Source: Paraspadella gotoi (lineage: Eukaryota; Animalia; Chaetognatha). From it: a DNA stretch of 18,140 nt. Location of the stretch: assembly GCA_051294375.1 (NCBI GenBank), contig JBJCIZ010000024.1:1-18140 (forward strand), in the 5' to 3' direction. This document shows, piece by piece, positions 1-10,425 of this stretch; positions within the stretch are counted from its first letter, which is position 1; each line of letters starts with the position of its first letter. A program made the position numbers and the translations under genes. The notes beneath the pieces were generated by a model, which was not told the DNA's origin, made no database searches, and saw nothing but the letters and a program-made list of their open reading frames with translations.

Positions 1-1
1 C

Positions 2-559
2 GCTATCGATTATTACTTCTACTTCTGATTTTTCAAATGTTTCACTGGCGACTGCGCTGTCTTTGTTTCCAACTTGGATAGTGGTTCCATCTCCAAGGTT
101 TATATTTAATAAATCCGGTGGAGCTTCGCTGACGTGCCTTGTTTCTGTCTTTTGTTTTCTTGGCCTGCCTCTTCTTTCAGGTGGCTTCAAGTCATCCATG
201 GTTACGATCTTTATTTCACTGGGCTGGATGGGGCGCAGCTGTTGTGTTCTTTCTGAATCTCCGACCAAGCTCACTTGTCCGGTAATGGTTCTGAAAACCT
301 TAATTGTTCTGTTTGACGAGGTAGTTTGATAACGACGTTCATACTTGCAACCAGTTTGACTGATGTTGTCTTCGTCCAACATCACGATGTTTATTCCGGT
401 CATCTCGGATAGCATTTCGAGTTCGGGATGACCTAGGGTCCAGTCCTTTGCTGAGATCGTGCGGATGAAAGTGTCTGCGTCCTTTGTTTTTGTTTTCCCA
501 TAAAGTTTTTCCATATTTTGCTTTCTGTTATTAAAGCATTGCCTTGCATATTCAAAAAA
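2..559 (-). CDS. Partial ORF (186 codons, runs off the left edge) with an OTU-like segment and an AT-hook; possibly the distal part of element A
   Basis: Manual translation shows no stop from 559 to 2: FFEYARQCFNNRKQNMEKLYGKTKTKDADTFIRTISAKDWTLGHPELEMLSEMTGINIVMLDEDN...RTIKVFRTITGQVSLV...PPERRGRPRKQK...EVEVIIDS. In-frame TAA at 562-560 lies at the junction with the noisy segment; first ATG at 514. RRGRPRK at 155-175. The OTU call is by-eye motif resemblance only. Confidence 0.7.
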
Positions 560-563
560 TTAA

Positions 564-3500
564 CCGCGACGATCGCCGCTACGACCGACCGCCGCTACGA
601 CGATCGCCGCCTACGGACCAGACCGCCGCTATGATAGACCCGCTCAGCGTGGAAACGGAAGGCGTCATTTACAAACCAAAGAGGAATTTGGAAAAGTGAG
701 ACAAGTGGTCCCGAAATTGGACGTACCGTGACGATGGACAAAAAAGGAAAAAGATTCTCTAAATATATGGATCAAGAGAAGAGACTTAGCTTTTTGTAAA
801 TGAATGACTTAGAGACATGATTTACCGCGATGATGGAATTTTCCACTGTTTATAATAAACGAAATTTGCATTATCCCTCGGATCATCAATGAGAATAGAA
901 AGCCAAGATAGACATTAATCGTGACCAGCCTAAAAACAAGTTTATACGAAACTAGGCGAAAAGCATTAAAATGCACAATGAGATGGCTCTAAAAATTCAA
1001 GTCTGCGTTGAACAAAAAGCAGTCATAAATGATATGAAAATAATTTCTGCGCGTCGAAACGGCGATACAAAGTTACGTCTCAAATAGAGTGGAAAGTCTC
1101 TAGAACTCTCGGGTCCTACTAAGAATTGTGCCTATAATGCTGACTATAAACCACCTTTACACAAGACGATTCTAGCCTGCTCATAAACCTCCGTAAGGCT
1201 TAATAAGCCATACATCATCACAAAGTTGGATGGTGAAAATTTCTAATGGTGCCCAAATCAGGCGGTGAGCTCAAAGAGCAACAAAATATAAAAGTATCCA
1301 AAGGTCCGTCAAGACATCGCGAGCAAAAAACTGGTCAGAAGTGCAAGCGAATAGAACGACAAAACTCTATCACGAGTTCCACTAACATTCCTTACCTTAC
1401 TTCCTCCTCCGGCCATTTCCACGTCCGGACATTGCCTCCAACACATCGTAGTCCGCGATCCTAATTTCCCACATCAGGAGAGAGATGGAACGCCTGCGAG
1501 GACTTAGTGCTCCACGGCCTCTATAACATCGCCGGTTGGAATCCACACATACTCCCAACTTTACACCCGGATATCACACAGGCGCAGAACCTATTCTTTT
1601 TCCTCTCATAGAGAGCGAGGATCGCCTTCATAACAACGTGCCAACCATCAGAGCGTTCGCATAGAAGTGGGAAATATCTTTACTGTATTTTCCTGCTCGA
1701 AAACTTCTTCGTGCCATCGCCGCGGAGCCGCTCTTCCAATATCTCTCTAAATTTGAATAAGTATCGAGTTAGCTCTCCTCCCGCTTACCTTTCTCAAATA
1801 ACAGATAGTCATCTCACTTCGCTCGGCCAAGATTCCCAGTTCCTTCGCTGCATTGTATTATCCTCGGAACATCCTTTTACCATGCCTGGCGCGATATAAC
1901 TAGTCTATACATCCCCGCCTCTCATCCTGGAAGTCCTTGCATTTTGCCTGGCCTTGTGTTACTGATACCTGTCTCCCTGGTCCTCTAATTCAATGTACTC
2001 GTTTCCTTACATCTCGCAATAAATTTGTTCTCGAACAAGAATGGGCTCTCGAGCTCATGTCCACACAGTTTTCTACCTCTACAGGGAATGCTTTTTTTAA
2101 ATGCTTTCTCAATCATAACCGCTGCGGACTGGAACCATTTCTCTTCTGATCGACATGATCAATTCTATAAGATATAATGTTTTTCCAAACTCTCTGGCAT
2201 CCATCCAGATTCCTAAAAATCTGCTATTTATACAATCTCAGCATTGCGATTGAGAAATACATTTACATGACAGCGCGAGTATATCATTCCATATGGTCCC
2301 ATCCGCAATTCATCACCCAATCCTCTCGGGATCTTTCTCACACAATACCATATTCATGTGCCACTAGCTACAGTCTGCTTCTTATTCTCATGGACAGAAC
2401 ACTACAGATAGTGCACCAATGGATGTGCGCGACGCAGTTACCAATCACAACCTGATCATTAATCGTATTCATGAACACAGCACTCGAATCCATGTGAAAG
2501 TGCAGTCAGCTTTAAGCTGTTTTTCGATGAGGACAGAGAGACCAAAGACAATGAGTCGAGACATGATCGCAGAGAATGTGAACTCCCACCCATGATAGGA
2601 AAAGAGTAGAAAGACGGGACCAAACGATGATTAACTGCTGCATCACGGACATACTGCGAAAACATTAGCAAATTAGCCAGAGGTGGATGAGAGATATTCA
2701 GATCAGACAGATAGAGCGAAAGAGAGAGACATCCGATACGCGCAGCAAGAACGAGCGAACGAGAGAGCATGTAGAGAAGGAGACCATCAGAACATTGAGC
2801 CGACGCAGAGATGGCTTGGAAAACCTTTGCGGGCACTCATCTTCGCGTTTTCCTCTTTCTTTTCTTCCGCTCTATAAGCAATTCGCGACTCCGCAGAAGC
2901 GTGAGATCTGCGAGACCTTGTCTAGCAACGCTGTGAAACAAGCATTGTTCGTACGCTGTTCATGGGTCATACTCTCAGATATCGTTCAAGAGAAGACACC
3001 ATAGGCGCCTGACAGAAACATATAGGAAGAATCGCCGCATACATTTTCCACTCATACTATCCATCGCGGTCACACCATATCGCTCGACAAAAGATGCATG
3101 AGGCCGTGAGTGAAGTCCACCGCCAGAGGCGTCTAGAGCTCGAGGAATTAAGTGACATAATGCAGCTTGACCGCTCTATATCGGAGGCGCGTGCGGAAAG
3201 GAAGCTTTCCTCAAGGACTCGTGTACTCTCAAGTCGACTGTGTGGACTCTCCCAATGTCGCGCATCGCTGAATAAGATGTGCTTACGTGTGTCGTATACT
3301 GGCCGAGCGAGGTTAGTATGGCGAAAGAATACATGAAGTTACAGTTTGACGTGTGCATCCGTCTGTAACCATATAAACGACTGTTAAATCGACGTTCGCG
3401 TTCTTCTCACATCATTAATTAAATAGTCACAATCTTGGAATTTATATCTGTGTGATAGTGATAACTCCTTGACAACTGCATAATATACCTGTCGGTTTTG

Positions 3501-5526
3501 TAAATCAATGAGCGTAGATCCGGTTTAAAAAAGGCAAGCATTGAAACGTGTACTTCCCGATAGTGTTATGAGTCTGACCGGCCATCACAATTTCGAACAA
3601 TTTTGATTCGACTTAATCTTTCTTAATGGCAGCATTAGAAATGCCGATCGTTTGGCCCTTATATCGTCTTAACGCTCTCCTTTTTAATAAAAACAACTCT
3701 TGGCCACTATTGGTCAGAAGGACAGGACGTAAATGTTTCCGACGATTACGTTCGCGAAATCATTCATTTATGTCACTTGAGGACTAATATGTCTGTGACA
3801 TCTTTACATGTTCGGTCAAAATAATTAAGTAAGTCTCCATACGTACTGCCATCACCTGATATCCTGCTAAACAATATACATTTCATTTAATTTCAAATCT
3901 ATCAATACCTAACTCATAGACAATACAAATCCTCTCATCGATCACTTCAACTGCATTCTGCTCGACTCTCTGAGAGTCATGCTTTTCAACCTCAATCAGG
4001 AATCTCATTCTACCGAAAACTGTGCATAAACTGAAGTTTACCACCTTCGACACTCCGGTCGCAGGGCGCACTAACTGGTGGGTACCTGGAAATAAAAACA
4101 TAACCATAATGTGGATCGGCCGGTAAACAGCTCTCCTCTTGTGAACGTCCTCTCCAAGACCATCACCTCGATGAAAGTTTTCAAGGACCTCGGAGACCGC
4201 AGATGGTTACAATAACAGTTTCTCCTCGCTCGCCTGGCGTTCAAGTTTCTATGTCGGTCTATCGATTCCTTCAATTCCTCGTCTCTAGCAAATCTTGCTG
4301 GAAGACATAGGCATGACAGGCACTTCTGTGGTGGAATATATTCGAAAACTCGCAGCCTCGAGACACGTCTGAATAGTCGTCGCTTGAATGTGGGACCAAA
4401 CAAAGTAGTTGACTATTCCGTGGAGGAAGACATCAAAGGCATTACTCGGTTTCCAGTCATTCTCTAACAGAAAGCTCCTGCCCCCAGAAAGAAGAAGCTT
4501 AGAAGCCGCGGGATTAAACTCATGGACTTGAAGACTCAAAGCGAACCTTGGAGGAAAGCCCCATTGTCTCCCGTTAAAACCCTGCTTAAAAACGCTACAG
4601 GGGCTCGCTTTGTCACCAAAACGAAACAGGCTTTCATACCATTAGCACAGCCGATTACATGCTCGTTTAACCCTGCGCTCATAGATCGCCACACGGCATT
4701 TTAACTCTCACCTCCGGCAAGCCCACCGTTGAAATGTTTACAACTTCTGAATAGACAGAAAATAAAAACATCACCGGGCTGAACTTTTTACTAAACGGAC
4801 CAAAGAACTAAGACAAGGTGCTTAACAAATATTATTGACTGTATGCCTAGCACCACAAGCCCAATGGGACTGTGACCTAAATCACAGCCATCAGCTGACT
4901 CGGGGCTCGAAATAGCCCCTGTATCTTTTCACTCGAGAATCCTCTGTCCCATTGCAAGAAAGAGATATCGAATAAAAGCACATAACTATCTCTGGAAACA
5001 CCTACAGCCTCTCTCAATGATGGATCGCTAAAGAACCAGTAGCAAAAGTGCTACCACAGTTGTGCGTTCGACGCCAGTCCCTTTAGCGTAACAGACTCAC
5101 GAATATTTCTAACACATAGCGGTCTAAACTCGGAGCATCCTTCAGCATTGCATAAGCAGCAACTGCTTCCCCACTTAACGTCTTACGATGCGATTTACAG
5201 AAATACAAATCAGGCATGCCAACCCAAAGGACATGGTGTTACTGCGTAATAAAGTAGGAAGACAACGCCGCCGACTTTCTTTAACTCGCCTCTCATCCGA
5301 GCAGGGTCCAATTACGCCACTAGACACTACCCTTTTCTCCCGTCGCCCGGATTTGATGTTTGATGGCAACAGCTTACAAATCCCGGTTATGCTGAAAAAT
5401 CTCAGCAGGAGATGTAGCGATAGCTCCCAGGTCACCTTGCGCCTAATTACAGCGGTCCATGCCCCTACACTGACCGCTAATGGCCAAATTGCTCGGCGAC
5501 AGCGAAACAAAATCATTCAGGACAAC
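564..5526 (+). other. Insertion-rich inverted duplicate of 5552-9562 (probable raw long-read or gap-fill artefact)
   Basis: Collinear exact reverse-complement anchors: 564-580 vs 9546-9562, 906-929 vs 9231-9254, 2146-2162 vs 8351-8367, 4178-4194 vs 7012-7028, 5312-5327 vs 5663-5678. Inter-anchor distances are ~1.1-1.5x longer than in the clean copy. No long reading frame survives. Confidence 0.92.
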
Positions 5527-5551
5527 NNNNNNNNNNNNNNNNNNNNNNNNN
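5527..5551. other. 25-N assembly gap at the axis of the inverted duplication
   Basis: Run of 25 N; the sequences on either side are opposite-orientation copies of the same pol region. Confidence 0.97.
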
Positions 5552-8500
5552 TGACCTGTAATTAGGTCAAGGTGACCTGGGGCTTCGTCATCTCCTGCTG
5601 GATTTTCAGCATAACCGGGTTTGTAACTGCCATCAACATCAAATCCGGCGGGGAAAAAGGGTGTGTCTAGTGGCGTAANNNNNNNNNNNNNNNNNNNNNN
5701 NNNNNNNNNNNNNNNNNNNNNNNNNNNNNNNNNNNNNNNNNNNNNNNNNNNNNNNNNNNNNNNNNNNNNNNNNNNNNNNNNNNNNNNNNNNNNNNNNNNN
5801 NNNNNNNNNNNNNNNNNNNNNNNNNNNNNNNNNNNNNNNNNNNNNNNNNNNNNNNNNNNNNNNNNNNNNNNNNNNNNNNNNNNNNNNNNNNNNNNNNNNN
5901 NNNNNNNNNNNNNNNNNNNNNNNNNNNNNNNNNNNNNNNNNNNNNNNNNNNNNNNNNNNNNNNNNNNNNNNNNNNNNNNNNNNNNNNNNNNNNNNNNNNN
6001 NNNNNNNNNNNNNNNNNNNNNNNNNNNNNNNNNNNNNNNNNNNNNNNNNNNNNNNNNNNNNNNNNNNNNNNNNNNNNNNNNNNNNNNNNNNNNNNNNNNN
6101 NNNNNNNNNNNNNNNNNNNNNNNNNNNNNNNNNNNNNNNNNNNNNNNNNNNNNNNNNNNNNNNNNNNNNNNNNNNNNNNNNNNNNNNNNNNNNNNNNNNN
6201 NNNNNNNNNNNNNNNNNNNNNNNNNNNNNNNNNNNNNNNNNNNNNNNNNNNNNNNNNNNNNNNNNNNNNNNNNNNNNNNNNNNNNNNNNNNNNNNNNNNN
6301 NNNNNNNNNNNNNNNNNNNNNNNNNNNNNNNNNNNNNNNNNNNNNNNNNNNNNNNNNNNNNNNNNNNNNNNNNNNNNNNNNNNNNNNNNNNNNNNNNNNN
6401 NNNNNNNNNNNNNNNNNNNNNNNNNNNNNNNNNNNNNNNNNNNNNNNNNNNNNNNNNNNNNNNNNNNNNNNNNNNNNNNNNNNNNNNNNNNNNNNNNNNN
6501 NNNNNNNNNNNNNNNNNNNNNNNNNNNNNNNNNNNNNNNNNNNNNNNNNNNNNNNNNNNNNNNNNNNNNNNNNNNNNNNNNNNNNNNNNNNNNNNNNNNN
6601 NNNNNNNNNNNNNNNNTCAGTATGTTGATTTTGGAGTTTAAAATCCTTGCGATCTAGCAGGGTAAGAGCATGTAATGGCTGTGCTATGTATGAAAACCTG
6701 TGGGTGAAACACCTGTAGTAGTTTAACGAGGCAAGCATGGCTCTCAGGTCCTTTTGAGTCTTCAAGTCCTTGAGTTTAATCTCCGCGGCTTCTAGCTTCT
6801 CTTTCTGGGGCAGGAGCTTGCTGTTAGAGATGCTGAAACCGAGAATCTTGATGTCTTCCTTCCGGAGTAGCACACTTTTGGTCCACTTCAGCACGACATT
6901 CTCGTCTCTGCATTTTTGTAATAATTCCCGAAGTCTTTCTGCCATGTCTTCAGCAGATTTTGCTGTGAGGATTAAATCATCGACATACACGAGAAAACTT
7001 TTTACATCTCTTCCGAGGTCCTTGAAAATTTCATCGAGGATGGCTTGAAGTACGTTCACGCTGTTAACGCCTCCCATTGGTAGTTTATTCATCCACCAGT
7101 TATGCCCTGCGCCGGCGAAGGTGGTAACTCGTTTGCAGTTTTCGGTGAGATTCACTTGGTGAAAACATGCAAGGATGTCGAGCGAACATTGAAGTTCATG
7201 AGGTTTGTATTGTTCTAGTATTGATGTTATTGTTTGCGGTTCGGTGGCGTACGTGGAGATATTATTATTGACCGCAGAAAGATCACATATTAGTCTCCAT
7301 TGTTTCGCGAACGTCTCGTCGGACATTTCGTCCTGTCCTTCTGCAATGTGGCCAGGTTTTTTTATTAAAAAGGCGTTAGAGTATGCCTCGTTTCTTGTCC
7401 TTGATACGATCCCGGCATTCTCATAAACTTCGAGGTAACGTTTCAATGCTGCCTTTTTAACCGGTCCCTGATTTACAAAGCGAGGTTTTGGAAGGTCTTC
7501 TTCAGAAAAACCAAGGTTGACTTTATAATTTAGAAAACCCTCTTTACAGTCGTTAATGGTTTCGCCGAAAATGTCTCTGTATTCCCATACTACTTCCCAT
7601 ACCAAGGGTGCCTTTTCAGCGAGAGATGGGTCGACATCCTTGAAGGGTTTGAGGAAAGCTTCTTTCCCTCTTGCGTCATGCTTTTCTTTTCTGGCTTGAC
7701 CGGCTTTCCTCACGGCCTCAAGCTCTTCTTTGGTCGGCGTATGGTGGACGATGGTAGTTGGTGGAATGTGATCCTTCCTTATTTTTCTCAGGTATGGTTT
7801 TTCTTGATTGAAATCGGCCTGAACAGGTTCGACAATGTTTTCAGTTTCAAGGCCCATCTCTGCCTTTGCCTCGGTTGTTATAAGAGGAAACGCGTATCCC
7901 CATTTTCCAGCCTTGGCTTCAATGTCGATGCCTTCTCTAATGTTGTCGCCGTTTGCTGCGTGGATGTTTTTGCCATCTGTTGATTGAATAATCCACCTGG
8001 CATTTGCTAATGTTTTCCAGTATGTCCGGTCAGCAGTTAATCTCGTTTGGCCGTCTTTATCTTTTTCAACATGGAGTGGGAGTTCAATTCGATCATCGAC
8101 ATTTCTTCTTGCCATCCATCTGGCTGCTTTCAGGGCTTCGTGCTTGTCATGAAACAAATGGGTGATTGGTTTCCCATCCATTGTTGCCATCTGTAGGTCT
8201 GTCCTTGTTTGAGCTGGCTGTACTATCCACATTTGGTTTTGTGGCCCAGGATTGGTGATTGCGGTGCCAATGATAATATCCTGGTCATTCTCATCTGCTG
8301 AGATGTAAAATACAGTTTTTAGGACCCAGGTTTGAAACATTATTCTTATGTTGATCATGTCGATCAGGGAAATGGTTCCAGTCGCGGTTGAAAGCTTTAA
8401 AGGCCTTCCTTGGTAGATTTGGGTGGCTAAGCCCCATTTTTCAACGAATTTTCTCGGGATTGTATTTATTGAGGCCCCAGTGTCGTACAAGCAGCTTGCA

Positions 8501-10425
8501 GGGGCTCCATTGATGACGGCGGGGATGTAACTATTTTTCCCGGCATGTAAAAGGTTTCCGGTATCATCACGAGGGGCGGGTCCTTCTGATTCAGTGATGA
8601 CTCTTGTTTTTATTTCAGAAGGTAGCGGGGGCAACTCTTTTTCATCTTTTGAGGTTTCGATGGTAGGTCCCGGCGGCAAGAAGTTTTCCGGTTCGTGTAT
8701 TTCCACTTCTATCCGCCTGATGGTTGCCTGATGAAGGGATTCTCCTTCATGCTCGCCTTTGACTATCCGGTAAGTTGGGTTGTTGGATCCACCTGCGGGT
8801 TTTAGCCTCCTAAGTCCCAGGCGTCCATCTCTCCTTGTGGGATTAGGTCGGCACGTTGGAGGCAATGTCCGGGTGGATGGCGGAGGAGGAAGAGGAGGAG
8901 TAGTGGGCGTGGCATAGTTTTCTTCTTTTCGCTTTGCCCTTCTGACCAGTTTTGCGCAGGCCTTGGATCTTTTTATTTTTGCTCTTTGCTCCGCCTGATT
9001 TGCACCATTCCAATTTTTCCATCCAATTTGATGGATGATCTTATTCACTACGATTAGCTCGTCTTGTGTAAGTGTTTTTAGTAGCTTATGCATTCTAGCC
9101 GATGTCGACTTTCCTTTGAAACTGTTCGCCGTTTCGGCCAAATTTTTCATTCTTATGACGCTTTGTTCATCGCTAATTTTTGCCTTTTGTGCATTAATCT
9201 TTTCGCCTAGTTTCGTATAAACTTGTTTTAGCTGGTCACGATTAATGTCTATCTTTGGCTTTCTTTCATTGATGACAGAGGGATAATGCAAATTTCGTTT
9301 ATTAACAGTGAAAAATTCATCATCGGCGGAATCATTCTCTAAGTCTTCATTTACAAAAACTAAGTCTCTTCTCTTTCCAAATTTCGAGAATCTTTTTCCT
9401 TTTTTGTCATCGTCACGCCAATTTCGGCCACCTTTCTCACTTTTCCAATTTCCTCTTTGGTTTGTAAAACGCCTTCCGTTTCCACGCTGGCGGTCTTCAT
9501 AGCGGCGATCGTCGTAGCGGCGATCGTCGTAGCGGCGGTCGTCGTAGCGGCGATCGTCGCGGCGATCGTCGCGGCGATCGTTTCGATTTTCGTCGCGGCG
9601 TTGTTCGTCTTTGAAGCGGGTGGGTTTGTTTATTTGGCGTTTTATTTCCTTGATAGACTCGTTTACGTTGTTTAGTTCTTGTAGCATAGTTCCCTGGTAA
9701 AACGCTGTTGCGCTGGCCGTTGGATCCTGGTCGGTCAGTCCTTTGGTTACAAGGGCACCGACAAGCTTTTCCTTGTCGTCACTAGAAACGGTGTCAACGA
9801 CCTTTCTAATCCTTCCTGGTTCAGCGCCGTTTGTCAGGTAACCTTTCAGTCTGTACTCAATCTCTCTGCCAAGGTCGAGGTACAGATGGCGTTCTAAGAG
9901 ATAGGTCCATTCCAGTGTTTTGGTTGTAATTCCATGCATGTATGGTTCTAACGTCTTGACGAGTAGTTGTGCGGCGTAATCAGGTATTGATGCTTTGTCT
10001 TTCTCGCGAACATTTTCGTATTGCTCGAGGGCCTCGTTGACTAAGGCGACGCCGTACCTCGAATGGATCGCCGGATCGACGGACAATGTTGCTAACTTAT
10101 CCGCTTCCGCGATGGACAAAGATGAAGCCTCGAAGATGGCACGTAGACCTAACCAGCGGCTGTTGTTGAGCTCGATGGTGAACCTTGTTGCTTCCTTGTC
10201 CTGGGCGAGGATTGCGCGGAGTTGTTCATCGATTTTGTTTGGAGGAGTGGTTGAGTCCTTGTAGGCTTGGTAGAAATTCCTTAAGTACTGCTCTGGAGTC
10301 TCCTCCTTCTTTCTTTTCTCTAGTTTGATTGGACGTTCAGATAGGGTGTAGCCCGGTGGCTCGCTGACGCCGCCTTCGGAACCGGCGTCATCCTGTGTTC
10401 TGATTTTTGCTATTGAGTTCGATTC
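5552..10425 (-). CDS. gag-pol: Gag-Pol polyprotein of element A (Gag-like, aspartic protease, reverse transcriptase; continues into N gaps)
   Basis: Frame is open from 10425 (after an in-frame TGA) to 6617. Protease LYDTGASINTIP (DTG 8476-8484) and DIIIG; RT motifs WRLICDL, SLDILACFHQV, LPMGGVNS, YVDD (6976-6987), ILGF; thumb LNYYRCF. The ORF-track start (10119, TTG) and stop (5443, inside the noisy arm) are unreliable. Confidence 0.88.
5679..6616. other. 938-N assembly gap covering the RT connection/RNase H region of element A
   Basis: Run of N directly after the RT thumb (LNYYRCF...AQPLHALT) on the minus strand. Confidence 0.95.
9501..9581 (-). repeat. Coding tandem repeat: four ~15-bp units (RRYDD/RRYED) plus two ~12-bp units (RRDD)
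   Basis: Plus-strand unit AGCGGCGATCGTCGT at 9501, 9516, 9531 (1 mismatch) and 9546, then CGGCGATCGTCG units; encodes NDRRDDRRDDRRYDDRRYDDRRYDDRRYEDR. Confidence 0.95.

Noticed and set aside
63-329. 88-aa hydrophobic plus-strand ORF
   Set aside because: Antisense shadow of the longer minus-strand frame at 2-559.
560-563. TTAA at the clean/noisy junction as a piggyBac target site
   Set aside because: No terminal inverted repeats, duplicated site or transposase; a 4-mer is expected by chance.
2683-2800. GA-rich microsatellite-like stretch
   Set aside because: Falls in the noisiest part of the inverted copy and is absent from the clean arm; attributed to inserted bases.
5443-5526. C-terminus and stop of the 1558-aa ORF
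   Set aside because: The frame crosses the 25-N gap into the opposite-orientation noisy arm, so the stop is artefactual.
1246-5565. About 20 short ORFs on both strands in the noisy segment
   Set aside because: They lie in the indel-corrupted inverted copy of gag-pol and are chance frames.
5663-6628. 321-aa plus-strand ORF
   Set aside because: Almost entirely N.
564-9562. Foldback transposon or DIRS-like element with long inverted terminal repeats
   Set aside because: The arms are internal gag-pol sequence, the axis is an N gap, one arm has read-error-like insertions, and no tyrosine recombinase or transposase is seen.
9501-9581. CRISPR-like repeat array
   Set aside because: Contiguous 12-15 bp coding repeats with no spacers and no cas genes.
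10348-10359. PPGY as a PPxY viral late (budding) domain in element A Gag
   Set aside because: A four-residue motif is easily found by chance, and no env-like ORF is visible in the window to support it.
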